The translations under genes and the position numbers were made by a program. Below, one piece after another: positions 26,338 to 35,869 of a DNA stretch of 64,000 bases (the first letter of the stretch is position 1; the number at the start of each line of letters is the position of its first letter). The notes under the pieces were generated by a model. The model did not search any database, was not told where the DNA came from, and was given only the letters and a program-made list of their open reading frames with translations. Location of the stretch: assembly GCA_963734545.1 (NCBI GenBank), contig CAVTHO010000004.1, positions 224,001 to 288,000 of the forward strand, in the 5' to 3' direction. The stretch is from an uncultured Spirochaetota bacterium. GTDB lineage: Bacteria > Spirochaetota > Spirochaetia > SZUA-6 > Fen-1364.

Positions 26338-26447
26338 GGGCCCCCGTCTTCGCCCGAAGGGCCCCCGTCTTCGCCCGAAGGGCCCCCGTCTTCGCCCGAA
26401 GGGCCCTCGTCTTCGCCCGAAGGGCCCTCGTCTTTGCCCGAAGGGCC
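26338..26447. repeat. 21-bp tandem repeat, about 5.2 copies
   Basis: Unit GGGCCCCCGTCTTCGCCCGAA at 26338, 26359 and 26380; variant copies at 26401 and 26422. Confidence 0.95.
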
Positions 26448-26514
26448 ATTTTTTCACTTACCCTTGCGCGGAGGGCCTGCAAATTCGATAATTTCGGGTA
26501 GGCAGGCCTTGAGA

Positions 26515-27171
26515 ATGAAATCCGAACCAGAGCTGAGAGAGGAATTGAGACAGGTCGAGACCCAGATTGCCGCGATAGTCAGACGGGTCAAGAGCGTGGA
26601 CGGGGTGCTGAACGTGAACCTGACCTCCCCGCACGCGCCCGGGTCCGTCGCCGCCATCAAGGAGTATCTTGCCTGGCTCGACGGGGTCGAGGCATTGGGC
26701 CTCTCATACGTCAACGGGAATATCGTGACCCAGAGGCTCCGGCTTTTCTATACCCGCCCGGAAAAGAAAGAAACGAGGGACTCCGATCCCTACCCGCGCA
26801 TGCGGGAAGTGAAGAACCTGCTGGAAGCGGTACGGCACAAGGACCAGGCGAATCTCGTCCTCCTGCGGGGAAAGCGGCATATCCTGAATACTCAGATTCA
26901 AAAACTGGAACGGGACACCACCAATCGCGCGGGGCGTCACTCCGGGTTCGGGGGGCTGAAAAGGCGGATCCAGTTCGCAATCTGGCTCCAGATCACCGTG
27001 GTGGTGCTCATCATTCTCCTCGGAGGGGTGGTCTTCGAATCATTGCAAACCCGAGATCATCCATTTTGTCCGATCAACCGTGGGGCTGCGGGACAGCCCT
27101 TCCGGTCCCACGGCTCCGAGCGCGCAGGAGCAGGGCCGCACCCGGCGGGGCTTTCCGGACCGGACCGCTAG
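26515..27171 (+). CDS. Hypothetical protein with a C-terminal TM helix
   Basis: Protein-like composition from the ATG at 26515; TM IWLQITVVVLIILLGGVVF; upstream TTGCGC-17-GATAAT promoter-like pair; the 3' end may be frameshifted. Confidence 0.55.
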   Translation: MKSEPELREELRQVETQIAAIVRRVKSVDGVLNVNLTSPHAPGSVAAIKEYLAWLDGVEALGLSYVNGNIVTQRLRLFYTRPEKKETRDSDPYPRMREVKNLLEAVRHKDQANLVLLRGKRHILNTQIQKLERDTTNRAGRHSGFGGLKRRIQFAIWLQITVVVLIILLGGVVFESLQTRDHPFCPINRGAAGQPFRSHGSERAGAGPHPAGLSGPDR

Positions 27172-27173
27172 AG

Positions 27174-27245
27174 TCCGCGGAATACCGCGGCGCACAATTC
27201 CGCGGAATACCGCGGCGCCCCAATCCGCGGAATACCGCGGCGCCC
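27174..27245. repeat. 25-bp palindromic tandem repeat, 3 copies (REP-like)
   Basis: TCCGCGGAATACCGCGGCGC at 27174, 27199 and 27224, between convergent stop codons. Confidence 0.9.
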
Positions 27246-28069
27246 TAGTTCAGGCTGCCCTCGAGCCTGATGGGGAAGATGAACCACCCGTACGGCGTGC
27301 CGAGTCGGATGGTGCCCGTAACGGCGAACTTCTTGTCCGGGGATTGCGCGAGGTTGAGCGCCATGCCGAGGGTCTTCCCCGGTGTGTTCTCCATGCGCAG
27401 CCTGACGATTCCCGATTCACCCGGCTGCATTTCCGTGGACTGCTCGGTATGGAGGAGACTGTACCTCCTCTCGTTGAGCTCCAGGAAAGTCTGGACCGTA
27501 TCCACCGAGAAGGCAAAGGTGTTCGTATTCTTTACGCTGAAGGTCAGCGAAAAAGAATCGCTGAACGGCACCCCCTGCACCCCGACCAGGGCCACAACAG
27601 GAATGCGGGGGATGGGGATGGTGATGGTATCCGTGAACGGGATGGGGTCGAATCCGTTTTTTGCCGCGGGATACACTTCGCCGCGGAAGGTCACTCGCAC
27701 GCTCTCTTCGGAAAGGACGTCCACGACCTGCTTGGCGATGTCATCCATCGCTATCTGGAAAGGGAATGTGACGGTCTGATTGCCGCCGCCGTTCGTGCGC
27801 TTCATTCCGTTGAACGTGTCGGTGAACAGCTCCTTGTCGAACAGGTCCACCGCGTAATCGACCTTTTCGAAATCAAGGGGAATGGTCATGACGTTGTGGA
27901 TCAGTATCTTCGCCTGGAACTTCACCAGGTCAGGCGTAAAGGAGAGGGATTCGAGCTGGCTCACCCGGACGGTCGGGGGGGCGGAAAGAACCGGTTCCTG
28001 GCTCGCGCAGCCGACCAGAACAATCGCGAGCACGCTGCCGGCCAGTAACAATGGAAAAGTCTTTTTCAT
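27245..28069 (-). CDS. LEA type 2/WHy domain lipoprotein (two domains)
   Basis: Lipobox LVGC; repeated beta-sandwich pattern (IHNVMTIPL / VKNTNTFAF); GGAGG RBS. Confidence 0.8.
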   Translation of the reverse strand: MKKTFPLLLAGSVLAIVLVGCASQEPVLSAPPTVRVSQLESLSFTPDLVKFQAKILIHNVMTIPLDFEKVDYAVDLFDKELFTDTFNGMKRTNGGGNQTVTFPFQIAMDDIAKQVVDVLSEESVRVTFRGEVYPAAKNGFDPIPFTDTITIPIPRIPVVALVGVQGVPFSDSFSLTFSVKNTNTFAFSVDTVQTFLELNERRYSLLHTEQSTEMQPGESGIVRLRMENTPGKTLGMALNLAQSPDKKFAVTGTIRLGTPYGWFIFPIRLEGSLN

Positions 28070-28132
28070 CAGGATCCTCCTCCATGCGCGAGCTTCGATG
28101 TTCAGACTACGAGGAGGCCTCCGCGCTGTCAA

Positions 28133-28345
28133 CTAAGCGAGGAGATTGACCTTGGTGCCGGTTTCCTCGTCGGTGGGATTGATCTTCAGGGTCTGGGCAG
28201 GCTGAGGGGCAGCCTTCTTTGCGTCATCCTGATCGCCGTCCGGCTCCCGATCGATCGCCGTTTCAGGTCGGGGGGACATCATGGCGTTGCGTGCGGCCCA
28301 TTGCCACTGACCGTTGTCAGAATCGATTCTCATGGGTATTGCCAT
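28133..28345 (-). CDS. Small hypothetical protein (70 aa)
   Basis: AAGGA RBS, AT-rich upstream region, C-terminus TGTKVNLLA. Confidence 0.55.
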   Translation of the reverse strand: MAIPMRIDSDNGQWQWAARNAMMSPRPETAIDREPDGDQDDAKKAAPQPAQTLKINPTDEETGTKVNLLA

Positions 28346-28401
28346 CCTTATATAGTAGTATATGCATGTTCTGCATCCCTGTCAATGGAAGCGCTGCCGT
28401 C

Positions 28402-29488
28402 TCAACCCTTCGCGGGAGGGTCGACCGCGGGCTCCTGCTGCGTCAGGCAGTGGAGCGTTCCCAGGCCCCACACAAGGTCCACCGCGTGTATGCCGACCAC
28501 CGCGCGATCGGGAAACAGGTCCGCCAGGATGCCGAGAGCCAGGCGATCATTCGGATCGTTGAATGTCGGAACGAGCACGGCCTGGTTCGTGATGTAGAAA
28601 TTAGCGTAGCTGGCGGGCAGCCGCTGGCCCTGCAGGTACAGGGGGGCGGGCATCGGAACGAACGCCAGCTCGGCCCGTCCGCCGTCTTCCAGTCGAAAGC
28701 CCTCGGCGCGTTCCCGGTTTTCCTCAAGCGCCCGGTAGTTGGCGTCCTGTGGATTGGACTCGCGGCAGAGGACGAGCGTTCCCGGGCGGACGAACCGGCA
28801 CAGGTCATCGACATGCCCGTGCGTGTCGTCACCTGCGATGCCTTTTCCGAGCCACAGCACGTTCCGGGCGCCGAGATTCTCGGCCAGGATGAGGCCAAGG
28901 TCCTCCTTGTCGAGGCCCGGATTGCGCGCCTGGATATTCCCGTCCAGCAGGCATTCCTCCGTCGTGATCAGGCTCCCACGGCCATTGACGTCTGATGCTT
29001 CCGCCCTCCAGCACGACGGGTTTCTTATTGAAGAGAACGGGAAAGAACGTTCGGCGCGTGGCAGCCGCTATGCGCGCGGGAACCCGGCAGTCCAGGTCCC
29101 AGTCGGGGTACTTGGCCCAGGCATTGAACTTGAATCCGGCTATCGCCAGCTCCCGCCGTCCGCGCTGTTCGCGCCGGAGATGGATCGGCCCGGTGTCTCG
29201 CGTCCAGCCGCGATTGGTGGGGATGCGGAAGAATTCGACCTTGCCGGGATCCACGCCGACCCGCGTGAGGATGCGCCGCGCCTGCTCTTCGCTGGCGGAG
29301 GTGTTCACCAGGATGCGGAGGTTCTCGCCGAGCGTAACCTTGCGCGCTATCTCTCCGTACACCCACTGGACCGGCGCGATCTTTCCCGGCCAATCCCCGC
29401 GGTTGTGCGGCCACGCGATCCATGTTGCGGCGTGCAGCTCCCACTCCGCAGGCATCCGGAAGCCGTTCGAGGCGGGTGATCCCTGCAT
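28402..29488 (-). CDS. aguA: Agmatine deiminase, frameshifted near 28990
   Basis: FRMPAEWE, WTRDTGP, LEGGSI, DDTHGHVD, SYANFY, GTLHCLTQQ spread over several frames. Confidence 0.9.
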
Positions 29489-29502
29489 GACGGTGCGGCC
29501 GG

Positions 29503-30399
29503 TCATTCCGGGTCGATGAAACGCTTGTCGATGCCCTGGTAGGAATCGATCCGCCGATCCCGCAGGAAAGGCCAGTTGCGCCGCACCTCTTCGATGCGTG
29601 ACGGGTCGACCTCGCCGATCACGATCTCTTCCCTGCCGTCGCCGCTTGCCCGCGCGATCACTGCTCCAAAAGGATCCGCGATGAAGCTGGCGCCCCAGAA
29701 TTCGATTCCCGCGCCGTCGGACGGCTTCTCAAGCCCCGTGCGATTGACCGCCGCAACGTACACGCCGTTGGCAATGGCATGGCCGCGCTGGACGGTCTGC
29801 CAGGCATCGAGCTGCGCGCCGCCATGCGACGCTTTCTCGTGCGGGTGCCAGCCGATGGCCGTGGGGTAGAAAAGGATGTCGGCGCCGCGCAGCGAGGTGA
29901 GACGCGCCGCTTCGGGGTACCACTGGTCCCAGCAGATGAGAGTACCGATCTTTCCGACGGGCGTATCGAAAGCCCGGTACCCCAGGTCACCCGGCGCAAA
30001 GTAGAACTTCTCGTAGAACGACGGATCGTCCGGGATGTGCATCTTTCGATAGACCCCGTCGATCCGGCCGTCGGGCCCGATGACCGCGGCGCTGTTGTGA
30101 TAGAGGCCGGCGGCGCGCTGCTCGAAGACAGGCACGATTGCCGTGATCTTTTTTTCCCTGGCCACGGCGCCGATGACGTCTGTCGAGGGACCGGGTATGG
30201 TCTCCGCCAGGTTGAAGAGCTCCGCGTCTTCCCGCTGGCAGAAGTACCGGGTGCGGAAAAGCTCCGGCAGGCAGATGACCTGGGCGCCCGCCCCCGCCGC
30301 TTCGCGGACGAACTGCACGGCCTTGTCCAGGTTCACGCGCGAATCGACATCCGCCGCCATCTGGACGAGGCCCACGGTGAACGGGTCGCGGTGCTTCAT
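29503..30399 (-). CDS. aguB: N-carbamoylputrescine amidase (carbon-nitrogen hydrolase)
   Basis: CLPELF, YRKMHIPDDP, ICWDQWYPE, WPFLRDRR; adjacent to aguA. Confidence 0.9.
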   Translation of the reverse strand: MKHRDPFTVGLVQMAADVDSRVNLDKAVQFVREAAGAGAQVICLPELFRTRYFCQREDAELFNLAETIPGPSTDVIGAVAREKKITAIVPVFEQRAAGLYHNSAAVIGPDGRIDGVYRKMHIPDDPSFYEKFYFAPGDLGYRAFDTPVGKIGTLICWDQWYPEAARLTSLRGADILFYPTAIGWHPHEKASHGGAQLDAWQTVQRGHAIANGVYVAAVNRTGLEKPSDGAGIEFWGASFIADPFGAVIARASGDGREEIVIGEVDPSRIEEVRRNWPFLRDRRIDSYQGIDKRFIDPE

Positions 30400-30471
30400 A
30401 GCCGGTGAGCGTACACAAAGATCGATTTCTGTCCAATGGACACGCGCCGACATCGGTGGCAAAGTGGGTGG

Positions 30472-31677
30472 ATGAGATTCGAAAACCTGCTGGCTCCGCG
30501 TACGCGCGTCATGGGCGCGAGCGCCATCCGGGAAATCCTGAAGGTCGTGGCGCAGCCCGGCATGATCTCTCTTGCCGGCGGCATTCCCGCGCCGGAAAGC
30601 TTCCCCCTGGAGCTCATGGGGGCGCTCACGGAAACCGTTCTCACGCGGTTCGGCTCCGCCGCCCTCCAGTACGACCGCACGGAAGGCTTCGCGCCGCTCC
30701 AGGCTGCCCTGGCGGACCGGCTGGGGACCCGGGGCATTCAGGCGGCAGCGGACGATGTCCTTATCACGAGCGGCTCCCAGGGGACCCTGGACGCCATCGG
30801 CAAGCTGCTGATAGCGCCGGGGGACTCGGTTGCCGTGGAAGCACCCACGTACCTCGGCGCTCTCCAGGCATTCAGCCCCTATGAGCCGGAATACCAGACA
30901 CTGGAGACCGACGACGACGGGCTCATTCCCGAGTCCCTGGAAGAGGTGCTGAAGCACAAGCGGGTGAAGTTCATCTATCTGGTCCCGACCTTCCAGAACC
31001 CCACCGGCCGCTCCCTGCCCCTGTCACGAAGGCGCAAGGTAGCCGCGCTCATCCAGCGGCACGACGCGCTCCTTGTGGAAGACGACCCGTACAGCGAGCT
31101 GCGCTACCGCGGAGAGCCGCTTCCCTCGCTCAAGTCGATGGCACCCGGGCATGTCGTCTACACGAGCACGCTCTCCAAGGTGCTGGCCCCCGGTCTTCGC
31201 GTCGGGTACGTGCTGGCACCGGAGCCCATCGCGCGGTGGCTCGTGATCGTGAAGCAGGGCGTAGACCTGCACACCAGCACTTTCTCCCAGGCGCTGGCCG
31301 CGGAGTACATTGCCGGCGGGCACCTGGACAGGCACCTGCCGAAGATTCTCGACTTCTACCGCCCGCGCCAGGAGGCCATGCTCGCCGCGCTGGACGAATA
31401 TTTCCCGCGCGAGTTCCACTGGTCGAAGCCCGACGGGGGAATGTTCATCTGGGTGGAAGGGCCGGATGAGCTGAACACGGACGAGCTGGCTCATGCATGC
31501 ATTCGTCGCTGTGTCGCCTATGTCCCCGGCAGGTATTTCTACCCGGGCGCCGGCCAGGGGCTGGGAACGATGAGGCTGAACTACACGATGACGGACCCTC
31601 CGACGATTCGAAACGCGATACGGATCGTGGCAGAGGTCTTCCGCGCGGCCCAATCCGCCGCGCGCGGCTCCGCCTGA
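30472..31677 (+). CDS. PLP-dependent aminotransferase class I/II (LysN/ARO8-like)
   Basis: ISLAGGIP, PTFQNPTG, EDDPY, TLSKVLAPGLRVG. Confidence 0.92.
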   Translation: MRFENLLAPRTRVMGASAIREILKVVAQPGMISLAGGIPAPESFPLELMGALTETVLTRFGSAALQYDRTEGFAPLQAALADRLGTRGIQAAADDVLITSGSQGTLDAIGKLLIAPGDSVAVEAPTYLGALQAFSPYEPEYQTLETDDDGLIPESLEEVLKHKRVKFIYLVPTFQNPTGRSLPLSRRRKVAALIQRHDALLVEDDPYSELRYRGEPLPSLKSMAPGHVVYTSTLSKVLAPGLRVGYVLAPEPIARWLVIVKQGVDLHTSTFSQALAAEYIAGGHLDRHLPKILDFYRPRQEAMLAALDEYFPREFHWSKPDGGMFIWVEGPDELNTDELAHACIRRCVAYVPGRYFYPGAGQGLGTMRLNYTMTDPPTIRNAIRIVAEVFRAAQSAARGSA

Positions 31678-31681
31678 TCGC

Positions 31682-32881
31682 CTATTCCGCCAGAACCTTC
31701 CGCAGCTTCTCTTCCAGCAGGGGAACGTGGTACGGCTTCTGTATGAAACCGGCCAGTCCGGATCCCTCGAACTGCTCCATTGTCTCCTGCTCGTTGTAGC
31801 CGCTGGACAGCAGCACGACAACGCCGGGATCGATGCCCTGCAATTCCCGAAATGCGTCCCCGCCGTCCATGACGGGCATGGTCAGATCGAGAATGATGCA
31901 GGAAATATCGCGCTGCCGCGCGCGGAAGACTTCCACCGCTTCCCGGCCGTCATTTGCAAGAAGCACGCTGAAACCCAGGGCCTCGAGCATGCGCCGGCCC
32001 ACTTTCCTCACGCTCTCATCGTCATCCACCAGCAGGACGGTGCCGCTGCCGCGCCATTTGCCGCTCGCCTCCGCGCGCTGGCCCGAGTAGTCGGGCACGG
32101 CCGCGGCGGGAAAGAGCAGCTTGAATGTCGTGCCCCGTCCGGGCTCGCTGTACACCTTGATGGCTCCACGGTGACCGCGCACCAGGCCCATCACCGCTGC
32201 GAGCCCCAGGCCTCGTCCCTTCACCTTCGTGGTGAAGAACGGCTCGAAGATACGGGCGCGCAACGTGTCATCCATGCCGCACCCGTTGTCCGCGACCTCG
32301 ATGAAGTCATAGAGCCCTTCCGGCAGCGGCTCGCCGCTCCACATCTCCCGAAGATACGCGTGGTCGCACTGCTGGGAGCCCGTGCTGACCGTGATGACGC
32401 CGTTCGCCGTGGTGATTGCCTCTGACGCGTTGATCACGAGGTTCATCACCACCTGCTGGATCTGGGAAAGGTCCGCCTCCAGCAGGGGGATGCTCGGGGA
32501 CAGGCTGAACCGGATGGCCGCCTTCTTCGAGATCGACAGCTTCAGCATCTGCTCCATTTCCGTGATGACCGCGTTGAGATCCAGGGTCCTCTTCTCGAAA
32601 CGGCCCTTCCCCGAGTATGCGAGGAGCTGCTGGCAGAGGTTCGCGGCCCGCTTTGCCGACTGCGTGATCTCGTGCAGGTTCTCACGCGCGGGGGAATCGG
32701 GAGAAAGGCCCCGCTCGGCGAGGTCCGCGTTGCCGAGAATGGTCATGACGATGTTGTTGAAATCGTGGGCAATGCCGCCGGCGAGCACGCCGAGGCTCTC
32801 CAGCTTCTGCGTCTCCAGCAGCCGTTGGTCGAACGCCGCGCCGCCGGAGGCCTTGCGCCGCTGCCCCCGCATGGTCTTCAA
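31682..32881 (-). CDS. Hybrid histidine kinase/response regulator with no sensor domain in this ORF
   Basis: IAHDFNN, GRGLGL, receiver DLTMP. Confidence 0.9.
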   Translation of the reverse strand: MKTMRGQRRKASGGAAFDQRLLETQKLESLGVLAGGIAHDFNNIVMTILGNADLAERGLSPDSPARENLHEITQSAKRAANLCQQLLAYSGKGRFEKRTLDLNAVITEMEQMLKLSISKKAAIRFSLSPSIPLLEADLSQIQQVVMNLVINASEAITTANGVITVSTGSQQCDHAYLREMWSGEPLPEGLYDFIEVADNGCGMDDTLRARIFEPFFTTKVKGRGLGLAAVMGLVRGHRGAIKVYSEPGRGTTFKLLFPAAAVPDYSGQRAEASGKWRGSGTVLLVDDDESVRKVGRRMLEALGFSVLLANDGREAVEVFRARQRDISCIILDLTMPVMDGGDAFRELQGIDPGVVVLLSSGYNEQETMEQFEGSGLAGFIQKPYHVPLLEEKLRKVLAE

Positions 32882-32884
32882 GTA

Positions 32885-33211
32885 TCAGGCGTCCTCTTGT
32901 TCCAGCACGCCGGCGGCCATGCCTTTCTCCACGAGCGCCGCCCAGGTAATGCGGATGGGCCCTCCCCGGGCACCGGCACGGGCCCGGGTCTCCAGTATCC
33001 CCGCCTTGTGCACGCTCTCCGCAATCTGCTGCGCCGCCGCATCCGTGTAGTCATCCGGGACCGCAATGACCTCGAGGACGGCGTGTTCCATCGCCGCGGC
33101 CAGACCGAGGGTGCCGTCTGGTTCAGAGGTGAAGTATAGCGAGCGGATCACGCGATGACTGCCTTTCATGCCCCACGGCGCGGTACTCCGCGCATTTTCT
33201 TCCGGGGCCAC
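32885..33211 (-). CDS. Hypothetical protein, in frame with the downstream kinase (separated by one TGA)
   Basis: ORF track; junction reads GAG GAC GCC TGA TAC TTG AAG ACC ATG. Confidence 0.5.
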   Translation of the reverse strand: MAPEENARSTAPWGMKGSHRVIRSLYFTSEPDGTLGLAAAMEHAVLEVIAVPDDYTDAAAQQIAESVHKAGILETRARAGARGGPIRITWAALVEKGMAAGVLEQEDA

Positions 33212-33221
33212 TGTCTTTGTG

Positions 33222-33392
33222 CTATGAAGCCCGAAACGTGTTCAGAGCGGCTTGAGTGACGTAACCGAGGGCGAGCGCAATCTCGCCGAAGCTCCTCTTG
33301 TCGCCGTCCTTCTGCGCGCGGAGCACTGCCTCCACGTGGGACTGCTGCATGGCTTTTGTTCTCACCAGGAAGTCGCCTATTCTTTCCGCCAT
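33222..33392 (-). CDS. Stand-alone MshEN-like small protein (56 aa)
   Basis: RIGDFLV...QSHVEAVLRAQ...RSFGEIALALGYVT matches the tandem RLGxxL...LxxQ pattern; GGAGG RBS. Confidence 0.7.
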   Translation of the reverse strand: MAERIGDFLVRTKAMQQSHVEAVLRAQKDGDKRSFGEIALALGYVTQAALNTFRAS

Positions 33393-33487
33393 TCCCCGAT
33401 CCTCCCTGACAGTATAGTCGGGCACGCCATCCGACACAAGCCTCGTAACCTTTGCACCTCTCGCTTGTTTATTGTTTGAATCTTCAT
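33377..33487 (-). CDS. Putative 36-aa peptide
   Basis: AAGGAGG RBS just before the ATG; MKIQTINKREVQRLRGLCRMACPTILSGRIGEWRKE. Confidence 0.45.
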   Translation of the reverse strand: MKIQTINKREVQRLRGLCRMACPTILSGRIGEWRKE

Positions 33488-33505
33488 AGAACCTCCTTCT
33501 GTAGG

Positions 33506-33535
33506 GGCCCCGCGAGCGTCTCCGTTCGCGGGGCC
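33506..33535. terminator. GC-rich hairpin
   Basis: GGCCCCGCGA...TCGCGGGGCC 10-bp stem followed by TATCTTTTT on the + strand. Confidence 0.5.
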
Positions 33536-33616
33536 TATCTTTTTATCCCTTGACTCCCCCCCCTGAACGGGTAGAATGGCCGCGCATTCCCTTACACGCC
33601 AGACCCGGAGGCCACC

Positions 33617-34171
33617 ATGAACGAGCAGATCAGGCTGATCGCCCAGAGGATCCGCGCCTTGCGCGACATCGCGCAGATCTCGCCGGAAACCTGTGCCCGG
33701 GACCTCGGCGTCCCCCTGGAGACCTACTGCGCCTACGAAAGCGGGAAAGCCGACATCCCGGCGAGCTTTCTGTACCAGGTTGCGGGCAAATTCCACGTGG
33801 AGCTTTCCTCCCTGCTCACCGGCGAGGAGCCGCGGCTGCGTGTCTACGCCGTCACCCGGGCGGGACGGGGCGTCCGGGTGGATCGAAGGAAGGACTACGG
33901 CTACCAGAGCCTCGCATTCAACTTCATCGACAAGAAAATGGAGCCTTTCCTCATCACGGTAGAGCCCCGGCCGGCTTCCGATCCCATTCCCCTGAACACC
34001 CACCCCGGCCAGGAGTTCAACTACGTGCTGGAAGGGGCCTTGAAGGTCGTGGTGGAAGGCCACGAAGTGCTGCTCTCCCCGGGCGACTCGATCTTTTTCG
34101 ATGCGCGCCACGGCCATGGAATGAAGGCGGTCGGAGAGACGACGGCCAAGTTCGTGGCGGTCATACTATAG
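33617..34171 (+). CDS. XRE-family HTH + cupin transcriptional regulator
   Basis: N-terminal HTH (YESGKADIP), HPGQEFNYVLEG cupin motif; GGAGG RBS. Confidence 0.92.
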   Translation: MNEQIRLIAQRIRALRDIAQISPETCARDLGVPLETYCAYESGKADIPASFLYQVAGKFHVELSSLLTGEEPRLRVYAVTRAGRGVRVDRRKDYGYQSLAFNFIDKKMEPFLITVEPRPASDPIPLNTHPGQEFNYVLEGALKVVVEGHEVLLSPGDSIFFDARHGHGMKAVGETTAKFVAVIL

Positions 34172-34189
34172 AAAGCGAGGTCCGGGTCC

Positions 34190-35833
34190 ATGCTGGAGCA
34201 ATTCCTCTCACAGACGAGCTTCTCCTCATACGAGGAGCTGATCAGAAAGTTCCGCATCGCCGTCCCCCCGCGGTTCAATTTCGCGTGGGACGTGGTGGAC
34301 GTCGTGGCGAAAAGAGAGCCGGGCAGGAGGGCCCTGGTCTGGTGCGATGAGAAAGGCCAGGAAGCCACCTTCACCTTCGGCCAGATGGCGGAGCTCTCCC
34401 TGCGGGCAGCCACATTCTTCCTCTCCCTGGGCATCGGGCGCGGTGACCCGGTCATGCTGATCCTCAAGCGCCGCTACGAGTACTGGTTCTGCCTCCTGGG
34501 GCTGCATCGGATCGGGGCAATCGCCATTCCGGCCACGCACCTTTTGACGAAAAAGGACATCGCCTATCGCAACAATGCGGCTGCCGTGAAAGCCGTCGTC
34601 TGCGTGAACGATCCGAAGGTGCTGGACAACGTGGACGCCGCCCTGCCCGAGTCCCCCACGCTGAAGCACCGGATCGCGCTGGGGGTGAACAGGACCGGCT
34701 GGCAGGACCTCCGGGCGGAGATGGAAAAGTCGCCCGCCACGCTGGACCGGGTGCACACGGAAAACACGGACACGAGCCTCCTGTATTTCACCTCCGGCAC
34801 GACCGGAATGCCCAAGATGGTTCAGCACGATTTCGTGTATCCGCTGGGCCATATACTCACTGCCAAGTACTGGCAGAACGTCATGGATGGCGGCCTCCAC
34901 CTCACCGTGGCGGATACCGGCTGGGCCAAGGCGGCGTGGGGCAAGATCTACGGCCAATGGCTGTGCGGCTCCGCCGTGTTCGTCTACGACTATGACCGTT
35001 TCGTGCCGAGCGCCCTTCTGGGGGTCATCGCCAGACATCGAGTCACCACCTTCTGCGCCCCTCCCACGATGTACAGGTTCTTCATCAAGGAAGACCTGAG
35101 TCAATTCGACTTTTCCAGCCTGAAGTACTGCACGGTTGCCGGAGAACCTCTGAATCCCGAGGTGTATTCCCGGTTCCTCGAGCTGACAGGTCTCAAGCTG
35201 ATGGAAGGCTACGGCCAGACTGAAATGACCGCCGCCATCGCGGTCTTCCCGTGGATGGAGCCCCGGCCCGGCTCGATGGGCAAGCCTTCTCCGGGGTACG
35301 ACATCGACCTGCTGGATGATGACGGCAAGTCCTGCGAGGCAGGGGAAAAGGGCCAGATCGTGGTCCGCACCAACGCGCGCGCCCCTGTGGGCATGTTCCA
35401 CGGCTACTACAAGGACCCGGATCTCACGGCCCGTGCATGGCATGACGGGGTATACCGCACCGGTGACGTGGCCTGGAAGGACGAGGACGGCTATTTCTGG
35501 TTCGTGGGAAGGACAGATGACGTGATCAAGAGCTCAGGGTATCGCATCGGCCCGTTCGAAGTGGAGAGCGCGCTCATCGAGCACCCCGCCGTCCTGGAAT
35601 GCGCGGTGACCGGCGTACCGGATGCGGACAGGGGCGCCGTGGTGAAGGCCACCGTGGTTCTTGCCAAGGGGTATACGGCGTGTCCCGAGCTTGCCGCGAC
35701 CCTGCAGGAGCACGTGAAGAAAACGACCGCTCCCTACAAATACCCGCGTATCATCGAGTTCGTCCCGGAGCTTCCCAAGACAATCAGCGGGAAGATCCGC
35801 AGGGTCGAGATCAGGGAAAAAGACATAGAGTAG
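34190..35833 (+). CDS. Acyl-/acetyl-CoA synthetase (AMP-forming)
   Basis: [37 protein letters not shown]. Confidence 0.92.
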   Translation: MLEQFLSQTSFSSYEELIRKFRIAVPPRFNFAWDVVDVVAKREPGRRALVWCDEKGQEATFTFGQMAELSLRAATFFLSLGIGRGDPVMLILKRRYEYWFCLLGLHRIGAIAIPATHLLTKKDIAYRNNAAAVKAVVCVNDPKVLDNVDAALPESPTLKHRIALGVNRTGWQDLRAEMEKSPATLDRVHTENTDTSLLYFTSGTTGMPKMVQHDFVYPLGHILTAKYWQNVMDGGLHLTVADTGWAKAAWGKIYGQWLCGSAVFVYDYDRFVPSALLGVIARHRVTTFCAPPTMYRFFIKEDLSQFDFSSLKYCTVAGEPLNPEVYSRFLELTGLKLMEGYGQTEMTAAIAVFPWMEPRPGSMGKPSPGYDIDLLDDDGKSCEAGEKGQIVVRTNARAPVGMFHGYYKDPDLTARAWHDGVYRTGDVAWKDEDGYFWFVGRTDDVIKSSGYRIGPFEVESALIEHPAVLECAVTGVPDADRGAVVKATVVLAKGYTACPELAATLQEHVKKTTAPYKYPRIIEFVPELPKTISGKIRRVEIREKDIE

Positions 35834-35869
35834 CAGGGGCCGCGCCCGGCCTTTGCGCGCGCCGGCCGC

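Noticed and set aside
26338-26447. Possible CRISPR array
   Set aside because: Units are head-to-tail with no unique spacers, and there are no cas genes; the same applies to the 27174 and 49541 repeats
25892-26482. ORFs with ALRAKTG / PEGPPSS peptide repeats
   Set aside because: Translations of the intergenic 21-bp repeat that overlap the real kinase gene; no RBS support
33400-33540. c-di-GMP riboswitch upstream of the MshEN-like gene
   Set aside because: No recognisable GEMM-I/II consensus by eye; the region is better explained by a hairpin plus a small ORF, and an Rfam scan would settle it
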